A DNA stretch of 46,330 nucleotides from a virus. The notes under the pieces are model-generated. The model did not search any database, had not been told where the DNA came from, and saw only the letters and a list, made by a program, of their open reading frames with translations. The translations under genes were made by a program, and so were the position numbers. The stretch lies in IMG/VR virus record IMGVR_UViG_3300028706_000433; one strand, given 5' to 3'. Positions 8,610 to 18,135 of the stretch are shown here, piece after piece; the stretch's first letter is position 1; each line of letters starts with the position of its first letter.

Positions 8610-9810
8610 GTTATACAATTCTAAAGTTTTTTGTATGATGCCTTGGATACATACTCATATATGGCCAAGTGGTAAGGCCTTTCCTTGCTGTATGTCCGAT
8701 AGTACAGTCGAGTATGGTAATCTTAATGATAACAGTTTAGAAGAAATTTGGAACAATGACAAGTACAAACAACTTAGAAAGAATATGATAAATGATGATG
8801 AGACTAAGGAATGTAGTAGATGTTATGAGATGGAGAAGTCTAATGTATTTACATTAAGACAGATGGTAAATAAGCATTATATTGAACATTGGGATAGAGT
8901 GGAATCAACTAAAGAAGATGGAACGGTAGAAGAATTAAATATGGGTTATATGGATATTAGAGTTTCTAATATTTGTAATTTTAAATGTAGAACTTGTGGG
9001 CCAGAACTGAGTAGTGGATGGTATGAGGATCATATAAAACTATATTCACAACCATTAAATCCGAGAATAATGAATATAGCAAATAATGAAAAGTTTTGGA
9101 ATGACTTACAGCCATTACTACTTACAGTAGAAGAAGCTTGTTGGGCTGGTGGAGAACCAATCATCACAGAGGAACATTATAAGGTATTGGATTTTTGGAT
9201 TGAGAATAAGATGGAAGATGTTAGATTAAGATATACAACTAACTTTAGTAATCTTTATTTTAAAAAGAAATCTATATTAGACTATTGGAATAGTTTTAAG
9301 GATGTTAGGATAGCTGCAAGTCTTGATGGTATGGGTAAAAGAGGTGAGTTGATTAGAGCAGGAACTGAGTGGGACGTGATAGAAGATAATAGAAGAGAAA
9401 TGTTAAAAGAATGTCCTGATGTATATTTTGAGATAACACCAACGGTTAGTATTATGAATGTTTATCATCTACCAGATTTTCACAAGAATTGGGTTGAGAG
9501 AGGACTATTAGAACCACAAAATGTAAGAATGAATATACTAACTTATCCAGAAGATTATAGAATACAGATTATACCACCAAAGGAAAGAAAGATATTTATA
9601 GACAAGTATACAGAACATATAAAATGGATTGATGATAACTTTGGAGATGGTGCTGCAAAAAGTGGATTTGAATCAGTTCTTGATTTTTTACAACAAGAAA
9701 ATTATGAGAATCTTATACCTGAATTTATTAGTAGAAATAAAGGATTGGATGAATTAAGAGGAGAATCTTTATTTGAGATTTGTCCAGAGTTGGAATTTTT
9801 TAATGGATAA
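8593..9810 (+). CDS. Radical SAM protein with N-terminal twitch domain
   Basis: FCMMPW...FPCC...CSRC; ICNFKCRTC; WAGGEP. Confidence 0.9.
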   Translation: MKKYSKLYNSKVFCMMPWIHTHIWPSGKAFPCCMSDSTVEYGNLNDNSLEEIWNNDKYKQLRKNMINDDETKECSRCYEMEKSNVFTLRQMVNKHYIEHWDRVESTKEDGTVEELNMGYMDIRVSNICNFKCRTCGPELSSGWYEDHIKLYSQPLNPRIMNIANNEKFWNDLQPLLLTVEEACWAGGEPIITEEHYKVLDFWIENKMEDVRLRYTTNFSNLYFKKKSILDYWNSFKDVRIAASLDGMGKRGELIRAGTEWDVIEDNRREMLKECPDVYFEITPTVSIMNVYHLPDFHKNWVERGLLEPQNVRMNILTYPEDYRIQIIPPKERKIFIDKYTEHIKWIDDNFGDGAAKSGFESVLDFLQQENYENLIPEFISRNKGLDELRGESLFEICPELEFFNG

Positions 9811-10666
9811 TTTTCAATCAATAGGCACAGATAAGTTATCAATTGGTAAAAGAATTAAGATGGGTACAAGTTCTTTGGATACTTTACCATTTAAACAATA
9901 TGGAGTTTTAGATGATACTCAAACCACCGTAGTGTTAATACGAGATGTACTGGATAAATGGAAAAGTGGATATAAACAGGAATTAGAGGAAAAGTTTGAA
10001 CATGGGACTAATCTTTTTAATTTTGTAGAACGACCAGAAAATTTAAATCCAAATGCGTTAAGAAGATTTTGGCAACGATTTAAATATGGTTATTATACAA
10101 CATTTACAAACCCAGACGAAGTGACTTTGGTGGGATTGGAAATAATATCTAAATTACATGATTATTATGCAGATTTAAGTTGGATACATTATAGTCATGC
10201 AGAATTTTGGATGTGGAATGATGATACATATAAATCTTTATGGGAATTAGCATTAAAACCAAATGTATATTTTTTAGATTTAAAAGATTTAAGTAATCCA
10301 AAGTTTTTAGAATGGGCACATTATACTGATGCCGATTGGAAAAAAGTAAAAGAGTTTCCACATAGAAATCCAACCTTGAATAAATTTTGGCCTCAAATGG
10401 AGTTGTTATGGAAGGAATATAATGACGGTAAAATTTTGAAAGGGAAGATATTGGCATCACCATTTTTTGAAACTAAGTTACCAGATTTTATCGAAGGTAA
10501 AGAGTTTACATATAGAGAAATAGATTCTGAAACAAGATTAAAGTTTGATGTACATTTAAAATTGTGTAGGTTTCATCAAGATAGTGTAGATTATATAAGA
10601 ACTAATCCTGAGAGATATTTGAAGTTTGAAAAATTCAAAGGGAGAATAAAATCACGTTTGATATAG
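9803..10666 (+). CDS. Sulfotransferase-like protein (tentative)
   Basis: KMGTSSL resembles the 5'-PSB loop and IRDVLDKWKSGY the 3'-PB motif (RDPxxRxxSxY). ATG 9803 preferred over TTG 9773. Confidence 0.45.
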   Translation: MDNFQSIGTDKLSIGKRIKMGTSSLDTLPFKQYGVLDDTQTTVVLIRDVLDKWKSGYKQELEEKFEHGTNLFNFVERPENLNPNALRRFWQRFKYGYYTTFTNPDEVTLVGLEIISKLHDYYADLSWIHYSHAEFWMWNDDTYKSLWELALKPNVYFLDLKDLSNPKFLEWAHYTDADWKKVKEFPHRNPTLNKFWPQMELLWKEYNDGKILKGKILASPFFETKLPDFIEGKEFTYREIDSETRLKFDVHLKLCRFHQDSVDYIRTNPERYLKFEKFKGRIKSRLI

Positions 10667-12132
10667 AAAAACTAAAAAAGAGTAAAACATTTTGTCCATT
10701 TCCATTTATGAACCTAAACAGTAATACTGATGGTTCGGTAAAGATATGTTGTGCACAAAATGAAAACTTACATATAAAGAAAGATGATGGAGAAACTTTT
10801 AATTTATATGAGGATGATATAGACGAGGTTTGGAATTCTAAACATATTCAAGATATTAGGAAAAGACTTCTAAATGGAGAACAAATACAAGAATGTAATG
10901 TGTGTTGGAATATAGAAAATGCAGAAAAAGATTATGGTGGTCATGATGCACCAAAAAGTACGAGAATAGATAGTATAGAAAGTTATATGGAAAAAGATGG
11001 TATTTTTAATTGGATGGAAGATACACTTGAAAAAAATATACAATCCACTTTAGAATTTGGTTGGGTAAGAGAATCGTTAAAAAGTTTAGAACTTAGATTA
11101 GGAAACCATTGTAATCTAACTTGTAATATGTGTTGGGGTTATAGTAGTAGTAAGATTAATTCAGAGAGATTAACCTTATTAAAGAATAGGGATAAAACTA
11201 TGCCACCGTGGTTGTTTAATATGTGGTATCCAGAAGAATATAATATATCTAAAATTGATATGATGTGGCACGAGAATCCGAAATTCTTAGAAAATTTTAA
11301 AAAAGTAGCACCTACATTAAAACGATTGTATGTTACAGGCGGTGAACCAAGTATTATTGCAGCAAATACTAAAATTATAAATCATTTGATAGCTATAGGT
11401 AACAAGGACTGTCATGTATCTTTTACAACAAATTTGACAACTTGGAATATAGATTTGTATGAGAAATTAGAATTTTTTGACAAGAGTGAGGTTCAGGTTA
11501 GTATAGATGGTTATAAAGAATCTCAAGAATATATAAGATATGGTTCAACGTGGAGTGTAATAGAAGATAATTTTAAGAAGTTAATTCAATTACCAGATAA
11601 AGTTAGAATACAAATCTATACAGTATTTCAAGTATATAATATGTTTGAGACTTATAAAATGATGAAGTGGTTAGATTCTTTACGAATAGATGGATTGTTA
11701 AAAAGAGAAGTTGGGTTTTATTCTATATTGATAGACCAACCATTATATTTAAGGACGAATTTTATGCCTTGGGAAATTAGAGATAAGGCAATGAAACTAT
11801 ACAGAGAATTTTATGATTATTCAACATATGATAATGAATTTTTAGATTTTCATGGAACGGCCAATAAAATCATTTCTTATTTGGAAAGTAATTGGGAGCC
11901 ACATAAAAGTTATGGAAAGTATTGTCAAGGTGTAGAACAGACAGAATTAAACCAACGGAAGATGTTTTATCAATATACACGGTATATGGATAAAGTTAGA
12001 AATACGAGTTTTTTTGAAACTTTTCCAGAATGGCGGGAGTTAAAAGAAGAATTTAATGAAGCTCAAGATGAACATTTAATGACACCTAATTGGTGGATAG
12101 ATGATAGAATACCAAAGAATAAAAGAAAATGA
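10651..12132 (+). CDS. Radical SAM protein with N-terminal twitch domain (start codon non-canonical or mutated)
   Basis: HCNLTCNMC and VTGGEP. The conserved KSKTFCPFPF segment lies upstream of the first ATG (10708). Frame is open from 10630; ATC at 10651 follows a GGGAG RBS. Confidence 0.85.
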   Translation: MTFDIEKLKKSKTFCPFPFMNLNSNTDGSVKICCAQNENLHIKKDDGETFNLYEDDIDEVWNSKHIQDIRKRLLNGEQIQECNVCWNIENAEKDYGGHDAPKSTRIDSIESYMEKDGIFNWMEDTLEKNIQSTLEFGWVRESLKSLELRLGNHCNLTCNMCWGYSSSKINSERLTLLKNRDKTMPPWLFNMWYPEEYNISKIDMMWHENPKFLENFKKVAPTLKRLYVTGGEPSIIAANTKIINHLIAIGNKDCHVSFTTNLTTWNIDLYEKLEFFDKSEVQVSIDGYKESQEYIRYGSTWSVIEDNFKKLIQLPDKVRIQIYTVFQVYNMFETYKMMKWLDSLRIDGLLKREVGFYSILIDQPLYLRTNFMPWEIRDKAMKLYREFYDYSTYDNEFLDFHGTANKIISYLESNWEPHKSYGKYCQGVEQTELNQRKMFYQYTRYMDKVRNTSFFETFPEWRELKEEFNEAQDEHLMTPNWWIDDRIPKNKRK

Positions 12133-13154
12133 GTGATTTAGTAAAAATATTACCAGGAGAAAATAAATACTTAAGTGTTACTTGGCAAGTTAATAATTTT
12201 TGTAATTATAAATGTTCCTATTGTAATGAGGGTAATTGGAGTGGGACTCATAAGAATGAGGATACGGATACATATATACAATTTCTTGATAAGTTAATAA
12301 CAAGATTTCAGTTTAAAGGATATGATTCATTTAAGTTTTTCTTTTCAGGAGGAGAACCCGTATATTGGAAACCATTATTAGAAGTAGCGGAATTTATTCA
12401 TGAGAAATGTGATAAACCTTTATTGGCAATAAATACTAATTTGAGTAATTCAATAAATTGGTGGAAGAAAAATTATCATTTATTTAATGATGTGGTGGCT
12501 AGTTATCATATAGAATTTGTAAATAATGACCGTTATTTAGAGAATGCTAAATTCTTACAAGACAAAATGAATTATTTGGCATTACGAATGATGATGGACG
12601 ATTATCATTTTCAAGAAGTGATTGATGCAGGAAATAAGATTTGGGAAGAAATGGATAATTGTGTTTTGGAGTGGGTGCCATTATTAGATGAGTTGTCCAC
12701 TGGAGCACAACCTTGGTATTATAAAGAGAAATGGAAAAGAGAATTTTTTGAAAAGACTGATGGTTATCAAAGAAAGTGGGGAACGATAAACGAACACAGA
12801 GAATTTAGACCCGCGTATAGTTTAGAGGAATGGAACGATGGTAAAATACAACCAATAAATTCTAATAGATTAGCAGCCGAAAGATTGAATAATTTTGAGG
12901 GTTGGCATTGTTGGATAAATGATGCAATATTTATAAACCCATATGGAGATATTAGTGCGGCTAGTTGTGGAGTTAGTGGTAAAATAGGTAATATAAATGA
13001 GGATTGGATAGAATTTTTTGATTCACCAATTATATGTCCAAAATCACATTGTACTTGTGGAACTGATATAATAATTCCCAAGATAAGTCATAAAGTATAT
13101 AATGGAGAAGTAGATTATCCAGTATTAGATAAGAAAGAAATAAATGCCAGTTAA
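12129..13154 (+). CDS. Radical SAM protein with C-terminal Cys cluster (SPASM/twitch-like)
   Basis: FCNYKCSYC, FSGGEP, C-terminal HC...ASC...ICPKSHCTC. Confidence 0.88.
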   Translation: MSDLVKILPGENKYLSVTWQVNNFCNYKCSYCNEGNWSGTHKNEDTDTYIQFLDKLITRFQFKGYDSFKFFFSGGEPVYWKPLLEVAEFIHEKCDKPLLAINTNLSNSINWWKKNYHLFNDVVASYHIEFVNNDRYLENAKFLQDKMNYLALRMMMDDYHFQEVIDAGNKIWEEMDNCVLEWVPLLDELSTGAQPWYYKEKWKREFFEKTDGYQRKWGTINEHREFRPAYSLEEWNDGKIQPINSNRLAAERLNNFEGWHCWINDAIFINPYGDISAASCGVSGKIGNINEDWIEFFDSPIICPKSHCTCGTDIIIPKISHKVYNGEVDYPVLDKKEINAS

Positions 13155-15381
13155 AACAGCAATATGTATGTGTCCAGCTTGGTCTTTAGAGACTCCACCA
13201 TTAAGTCTTGGATTGTTGGCAGGTGCTCTAAAGAGTAAAGGTCGAGATGTTAAACAATATCATATTAATTTACTTTCTGCAATGCACGTAGATTATGAGA
13301 CTCATCAAGAATTATGGGCCCCAACTGGTCATTTCTTATGGACTAATGACCATTCTTTTGAAGATAAAATATTACCATTGTATGCAGAGTATTGGGATAC
13401 ATTAATAGAGGAATTGTCAACGTTTGATATTGTTACATTCACAACTTACTTCTCAAACATTGTAGTAACGGATTATATAGCTGAGAGATTATATAAGAAA
13501 AATCCCAATCTACATATTTTTTACGGCGGCCCATATTGTTGGAACGCACCACACGGGGGATTACGAATATCACATCCATTAGAAGAACCAGATAGAGATT
13601 GGATTAAACTTTCTTGTGATGCCGAAGGTGAATTAATAATAAATGATTTAGTAGATTGTTATGAGAATAATGAGAATTATGATACCGTACAGGGAATTTG
13701 GGTTTGGGGAGAAAATAAAAAACCGAAATTTACGGGTCTGAGAATACCACAAAAAGATTTAGATGTAATACCGAGAGCAAATTGGGAGGGGATGGAATTA
13801 CAGAATTATGCACCATTTCATTATGAAGGTCATGCACATTTACCATTACAAGGTTCTCGGGGATGTACTTATAAATGTACATTTTGTTCAGAGACAAGAA
13901 TTTTTAGATTTAAAAAAGGTCATTCTATAGCCAGAGAAATAATAGACCAAGTTGAGAAATATAATATAACACATTTCTCATTTGTGGATTCTCTTGTTAA
14001 TGGTTCAATGCCACAGTTTAAGATATTGGTAGATGAATTATGTGATGAAGTGGATAAAAATCCAAAATTGAAAGAATTAAGTCTTGGTGGATATGCAAGA
14101 ACACATGAGGAGATGGATGATAAATTAATGAAGAAAGCGGCCAAGGCAGGGTTTAAATGGTTATCTATTGGAGTGGAAAGTGGCACACCAAAAGTACTTG
14201 AGATTATAGAAAAGAGACAAACAAGAGAAGGAATTGAACAATTATGGAAGGCTTGTTGGAGACACGGAATACGAATGGATGCCAATTGGATTTCAGGATA
14301 TCCAAAAGAGAATCATATTGATTGGATAATTAGTTTATATTTCTTATATGAAAATAAACATTATATGCCAGTAGTTGCAGCAAATCAGTTTCCTGCAGGA
14401 GTAACTCCAGGTACGGCATTAGATCAATATAGAGATGTGTTTTCTATATCACAATATAGTACTATTTTTTATGATTGGGTAAGTGAAAATTTTAAGAACA
14501 CCTTTATTAATAGATTTTTAAGATTAAAATTAACTCACTTATATTTGGAGTTGTGGAAAGTATATTTTTCTGGATTTTGGACAGTTAGAGAAGATTTAAA
14601 ACATTTTAAAGTTAAAAATCCAAATAGTATTTTTAACCAAGAACAATATAAAGAATGGCCTCAAAGAACACAAGGAACTTATTGGCAACAATTACATAAT
14701 AGACACCAATTTCCACAAGAATTTGATATTAAAAAAATAAATTATAATGTTCCTTATTTAGAATTTGCAAATATTCCAGTACACGATGAGTATGATCCTA
14801 CGGTTAGTGTGGAAGATACTATAATGATAGAAACACGGAATGAAATACGTGTATGGTGTTGGTTAATATATCAATTGGTAGGCCCATATGATATTGAGGT
14901 AGAATTCGATGAGGATTATAGTGAGAGAAATATAGATGGTGCCAGATTAATAAGTAAGTTTAAGTTTACTTCAGAATTAGATGGTACTTATAAACTTGAA
15001 ATAAATAATAAATTAACCGTAGATGAGGCCGCCAAACAAACAATACATTTATGTTTACCGAATAAACTCGAACATTTTGATATGTTGGAATATAGAAAAA
15101 GAAAAAGACAGGTAAGAATTAAACACGCAGAAGATAAACATTTAAGAGCTAAACAGTATAAAATAAAAGATACTATAAATTTAAGTGCAGATGGAATGAT
15201 TGTAAATTATTATGATCTATCATTTGATGATAATTACGTAGATGAGGGAAATATGAACGAGAAATATGAAGATGAAAATTATTTGGTAGATAAATATGAA
15301 ATACCAAATTATATTGATGCTTTTGATATTGAAAAATATAAAATTAATTTAAAACGAACAATGATGACGGGAAAACATTAA
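13144..15381 (+). CDS. B12-binding radical SAM protein, 745 aa
   Basis: N-terminal PPLSLGLLAGAL...IFYGGPY cobalamin-binding-type domain; SRGCTYKCTFC; IGVESG; about 280 aa C-terminal extension. Confidence 0.88.
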   Translation: MPVKTAICMCPAWSLETPPLSLGLLAGALKSKGRDVKQYHINLLSAMHVDYETHQELWAPTGHFLWTNDHSFEDKILPLYAEYWDTLIEELSTFDIVTFTTYFSNIVVTDYIAERLYKKNPNLHIFYGGPYCWNAPHGGLRISHPLEEPDRDWIKLSCDAEGELIINDLVDCYENNENYDTVQGIWVWGENKKPKFTGLRIPQKDLDVIPRANWEGMELQNYAPFHYEGHAHLPLQGSRGCTYKCTFCSETRIFRFKKGHSIAREIIDQVEKYNITHFSFVDSLVNGSMPQFKILVDELCDEVDKNPKLKELSLGGYARTHEEMDDKLMKKAAKAGFKWLSIGVESGTPKVLEIIEKRQTREGIEQLWKACWRHGIRMDANWISGYPKENHIDWIISLYFLYENKHYMPVVAANQFPAGVTPGTALDQYRDVFSISQYSTIFYDWVSENFKNTFINRFLRLKLTHLYLELWKVYFSGFWTVREDLKHFKVKNPNSIFNQEQYKEWPQRTQGTYWQQLHNRHQFPQEFDIKKINYNVPYLEFANIPVHDEYDPTVSVEDTIMIETRNEIRVWCWLIYQLVGPYDIEVEFDEDYSERNIDGARLISKFKFTSELDGTYKLEINNKLTVDEAAKQTIHLCLPNKLEHFDMLEYRKRKRQVRIKHAEDKHLRAKQYKIKDTINLSADGMIVNYYDLSFDDNYVDEGNMNEKYEDENYLVDKYEIPNYIDAFDIEKYKINLKRTMMTGKH

Positions 15382-16646
15382 TGAAAGATTTAAAATATTT
15401 TTGTTCCCATTTATTTACTTCGTTGAGTTTTGACCATAGGGGAAAGGCTAGAGTTTGTTGTAACAACTATGAAGTACCAACAGGTGAAGACCTTGAACCA
15501 ATTGATGTATATTCAGAAGATTTTAATGTAAATGATGCATTTAATAGTGATTTGCATGTAAGAATTAGAAAGAATATATTAGAAAATAAACAGGATGAAA
15601 GTTGTAGTAGATGTTGGCAAACAGAAGATAATGGTGCTGAGAGTTATAGAACTATTTGGAATAATACTTTAGCAGGTGGATACCTAAAAGGAATAATGTT
15701 GGATTCAGTAGATGACGATGGTATTATAGATAAACCATTTATAACATTTTTAGATTTTACAATGGGTAATAAATGTAATTTGGTATGTCGAATGTGTAAT
15801 TTAAACAATTCTAATCAATGGGATTTAGAATCTGATTTATTGAATATAGAAATACCTTGGGATTATCCTAGCACTACATTACCAGTAGATGAGCGGTTTA
15901 TGGCTGATGAATTTTTTATGAAAAATTTCATGCATTTAAAACATATAAATTTTCTTGGTGGTGAACCTTTGATTGTGGATGAACATTATGAATTTTTAAA
16001 GAAATGTATTAAGTTTGAAGTAGCACAAAATATAGTTTTATCTTATACCACGAACTTAACAGTTATTAAAAAAGAACTTATGGGATTGTGGGAAAATTTT
16101 AGACACGTTTCAGTAGGAGTAAGTGTTGATGGTGTAGGTAAAGTAAATGATTATATTAGATATCCTTCAAAATGGAAAAATATAGAAAAAAATATTAAAA
16201 AAATATCAACTTATAAAGATGAGATTAGTATGGATTTACAAATACAATCTACTTTTCAAATGATGAATGTTTTGGATTGGGGTAATTTATTAGAATGGAC
16301 ATATAATTTAGGTGATTTGGGTTTTTGGAGATTACCTTTTAGTAATTGGGTAAGTTATCCAGAACATTATGATGCAAAATTATTACCAAAAGATTTAAAG
16401 ACGGAAGCATTAGAAAATATTAATAAGTTTCTTGATAGTAAGAAAGATGTTGTATGGGATATTGGTGAACAACAATGGTTAGGTATTTTGGAAAGTAACT
16501 TAAAGACTTTTGAGAAATCTTTTGATGATGACGAACAAGAGAGATATTACAAAACAATAAAAAAACATACTAAGTTACTTGATTTAAATAGAGGTCAACA
16601 TATTAAGGATTATATTCCAGAATTAGAAAAATTTATATATGAATAA
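15381..16646 (+). CDS. Radical SAM protein with N-terminal twitch domain
   Basis: YFCSHLF...RVCC...CSRC; KCNLVCRMC; FLGGEP. Confidence 0.9.
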   Translation: MKDLKYFCSHLFTSLSFDHRGKARVCCNNYEVPTGEDLEPIDVYSEDFNVNDAFNSDLHVRIRKNILENKQDESCSRCWQTEDNGAESYRTIWNNTLAGGYLKGIMLDSVDDDGIIDKPFITFLDFTMGNKCNLVCRMCNLNNSNQWDLESDLLNIEIPWDYPSTTLPVDERFMADEFFMKNFMHLKHINFLGGEPLIVDEHYEFLKKCIKFEVAQNIVLSYTTNLTVIKKELMGLWENFRHVSVGVSVDGVGKVNDYIRYPSKWKNIEKNIKKISTYKDEISMDLQIQSTFQMMNVLDWGNLLEWTYNLGDLGFWRLPFSNWVSYPEHYDAKLLPKDLKTEALENINKFLDSKKDVVWDIGEQQWLGILESNLKTFEKSFDDDEQERYYKTIKKHTKLLDLNRGQHIKDYIPELEKFIYE

Positions 16647-18135
16647 ATTATATTTTGGTTGGGATTATTATAATTATTCACATCAACCAGACATAAGTAG
16701 AATAATAGAGGAAAAATTTCAAGATTTTAGGCCGGATTTGACATACCCAAACGATTCTGATACTTTACCTTTGTTTAATGATGAGTATATGGTTACTAAT
16801 CCATGGCATCAACTTTTGGATGTATTAAAAGACTATGAAGTAGTAGCACATAGAGATACTACTGAATTAATAGAGAGGGATATTCCATTTATTTATCTTA
16901 TAGGTATAAGATCCGGCCCTCAAGAATGGGAAACTGATGATAGAAATAAATTATTTCATAATATAAAACAACATACTAAAAATTATATTAAAGATGGTAA
17001 GGTATTGGTAATAGTTGATATGTCGGGAGAAGGATATCCAGTAGAAAATTTGGACGAATTAACCTTTTCAGAAACAGGAGTAATTCCAAATATACCAATT
17101 GAAATAGAAAAGGCTGCTGACAGAGAAGACTTTCCATTAACTAATATGTGTTATTTAACTGGAAATGCAGAAGCAGTAAATTATGAACCGACTAAGATTA
17201 ATATTATTAATTTGTGTTGGTCTGAAATTGCTGTAAAGAAGTCAAATAATGAGGTAGATAATATTTTTGAAGAAGTTTTTGAATATAAGAAAAAACATGT
17301 ACGTAGACCAACAACAAAACATTTTTTAAGTCTTTGTAAGTTAGTAAAGGATTGGCGTTTATATCATTCGTTAGGTTTAAATCATTATAATTTACACGAA
17401 AAAGGATTAACTTCATTAATTATACCTAAAAATCAATTAATGATATTAAATGAACGACTTTGGCCAGGAGCAGCAGCTAAACCTTATGATTCGAGGATAG
17501 ATGATTCTTCTGATGAAACTGATTTTGTGTTTAATGAAAATATAACAGAGTTTGAAGAGTATATTAGAGTAATAAAACTTAAACTTCGATTGATAGGTAA
17601 TACGGAACACGGAAAGTATGTAAAATCTGATGAGAATATAAAAAGTTTACTTGAAAAATTACCATTATATGTTGATTTAAAATCATTTAAACAAAACGAT
17701 GGAACACCAATTAGTGGATTTAGTGTATGGGATGAGAGTTTTTATAACGATACATTTTTTTCATATTTGTATGAGAGTTACGCATATAATACTAAAACTA
17801 CTTATATTTCAGAAAAGTTTTGGAAAACAGTTTTAAATTTTCATCCAACATTATTAGTTACTAATCCACATACTTTGAGATATTTAAGAGATAGAGGATA
17901 TAAAACATTCTCACCTTTTATAGATGAGAGTTATGATAACGAAGAAGATTTTGATTTAAGAACAAATATGTTATTATCCGAAGTTAATAGATTATGTGAA
18001 ATGAGTAAAACAGAAATGTTGGATTGGTATTCTAAACAGTCTGATACACTTATTTATAATTTTAAAAAGTATTATGAGGATGATATTATAATAAAACCAA
18101 TTAATAAAATTAAAGGGTTGTATAACATATTATGA
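16639..18135 (+). CDS. Uncharacterised GT-B-like family protein, copy 1 (putative glycosyltransferase)
   Basis: C-terminal FSYLYES...YISEKFWK...FHP...GYKTFSPFIDESYD motif shared with five other ORFs in the window. Confidence 0.55.
   Translation: MNKLYFGWDYYNYSHQPDISRIIEEKFQDFRPDLTYPNDSDTLPLFNDEYMVTNPWHQLLDVLKDYEVVAHRDTTELIERDIPFIYLIGIRSGPQEWETDDRNKLFHNIKQHTKNYIKDGKVLVIVDMSGEGYPVENLDELTFSETGVIPNIPIEIEKAADREDFPLTNMCYLTGNAEAVNYEPTKINIINLCWSEIAVKKSNNEVDNIFEEVFEYKKKHVRRPTTKHFLSLCKLVKDWRLYHSLGLNHYNLHEKGLTSLIIPKNQLMILNERLWPGAAAKPYDSRIDDSSDETDFVFNENITEFEEYIRVIKLKLRLIGNTEHGKYVKSDENIKSLLEKLPLYVDLKSFKQNDGTPISGFSVWDESFYNDTFFSYLYESYAYNTKTTYISEKFWKTVLNFHPTLLVTNPHTLRYLRDRGYKTFSPFIDESYDNEEDFDLRTNMLLSEVNRLCEMSKTEMLDWYSKQSDTLIYNFKKYYEDDIIIKPINKIKGLYNIL

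Noticed and set aside
7198-16646. Complete RiPP biosynthetic gene cluster
   Set aside because: No RRE/PqqD domain, peptidase, transporter or leader/core precursor architecture is visible; kept only as a low-interest possibility.
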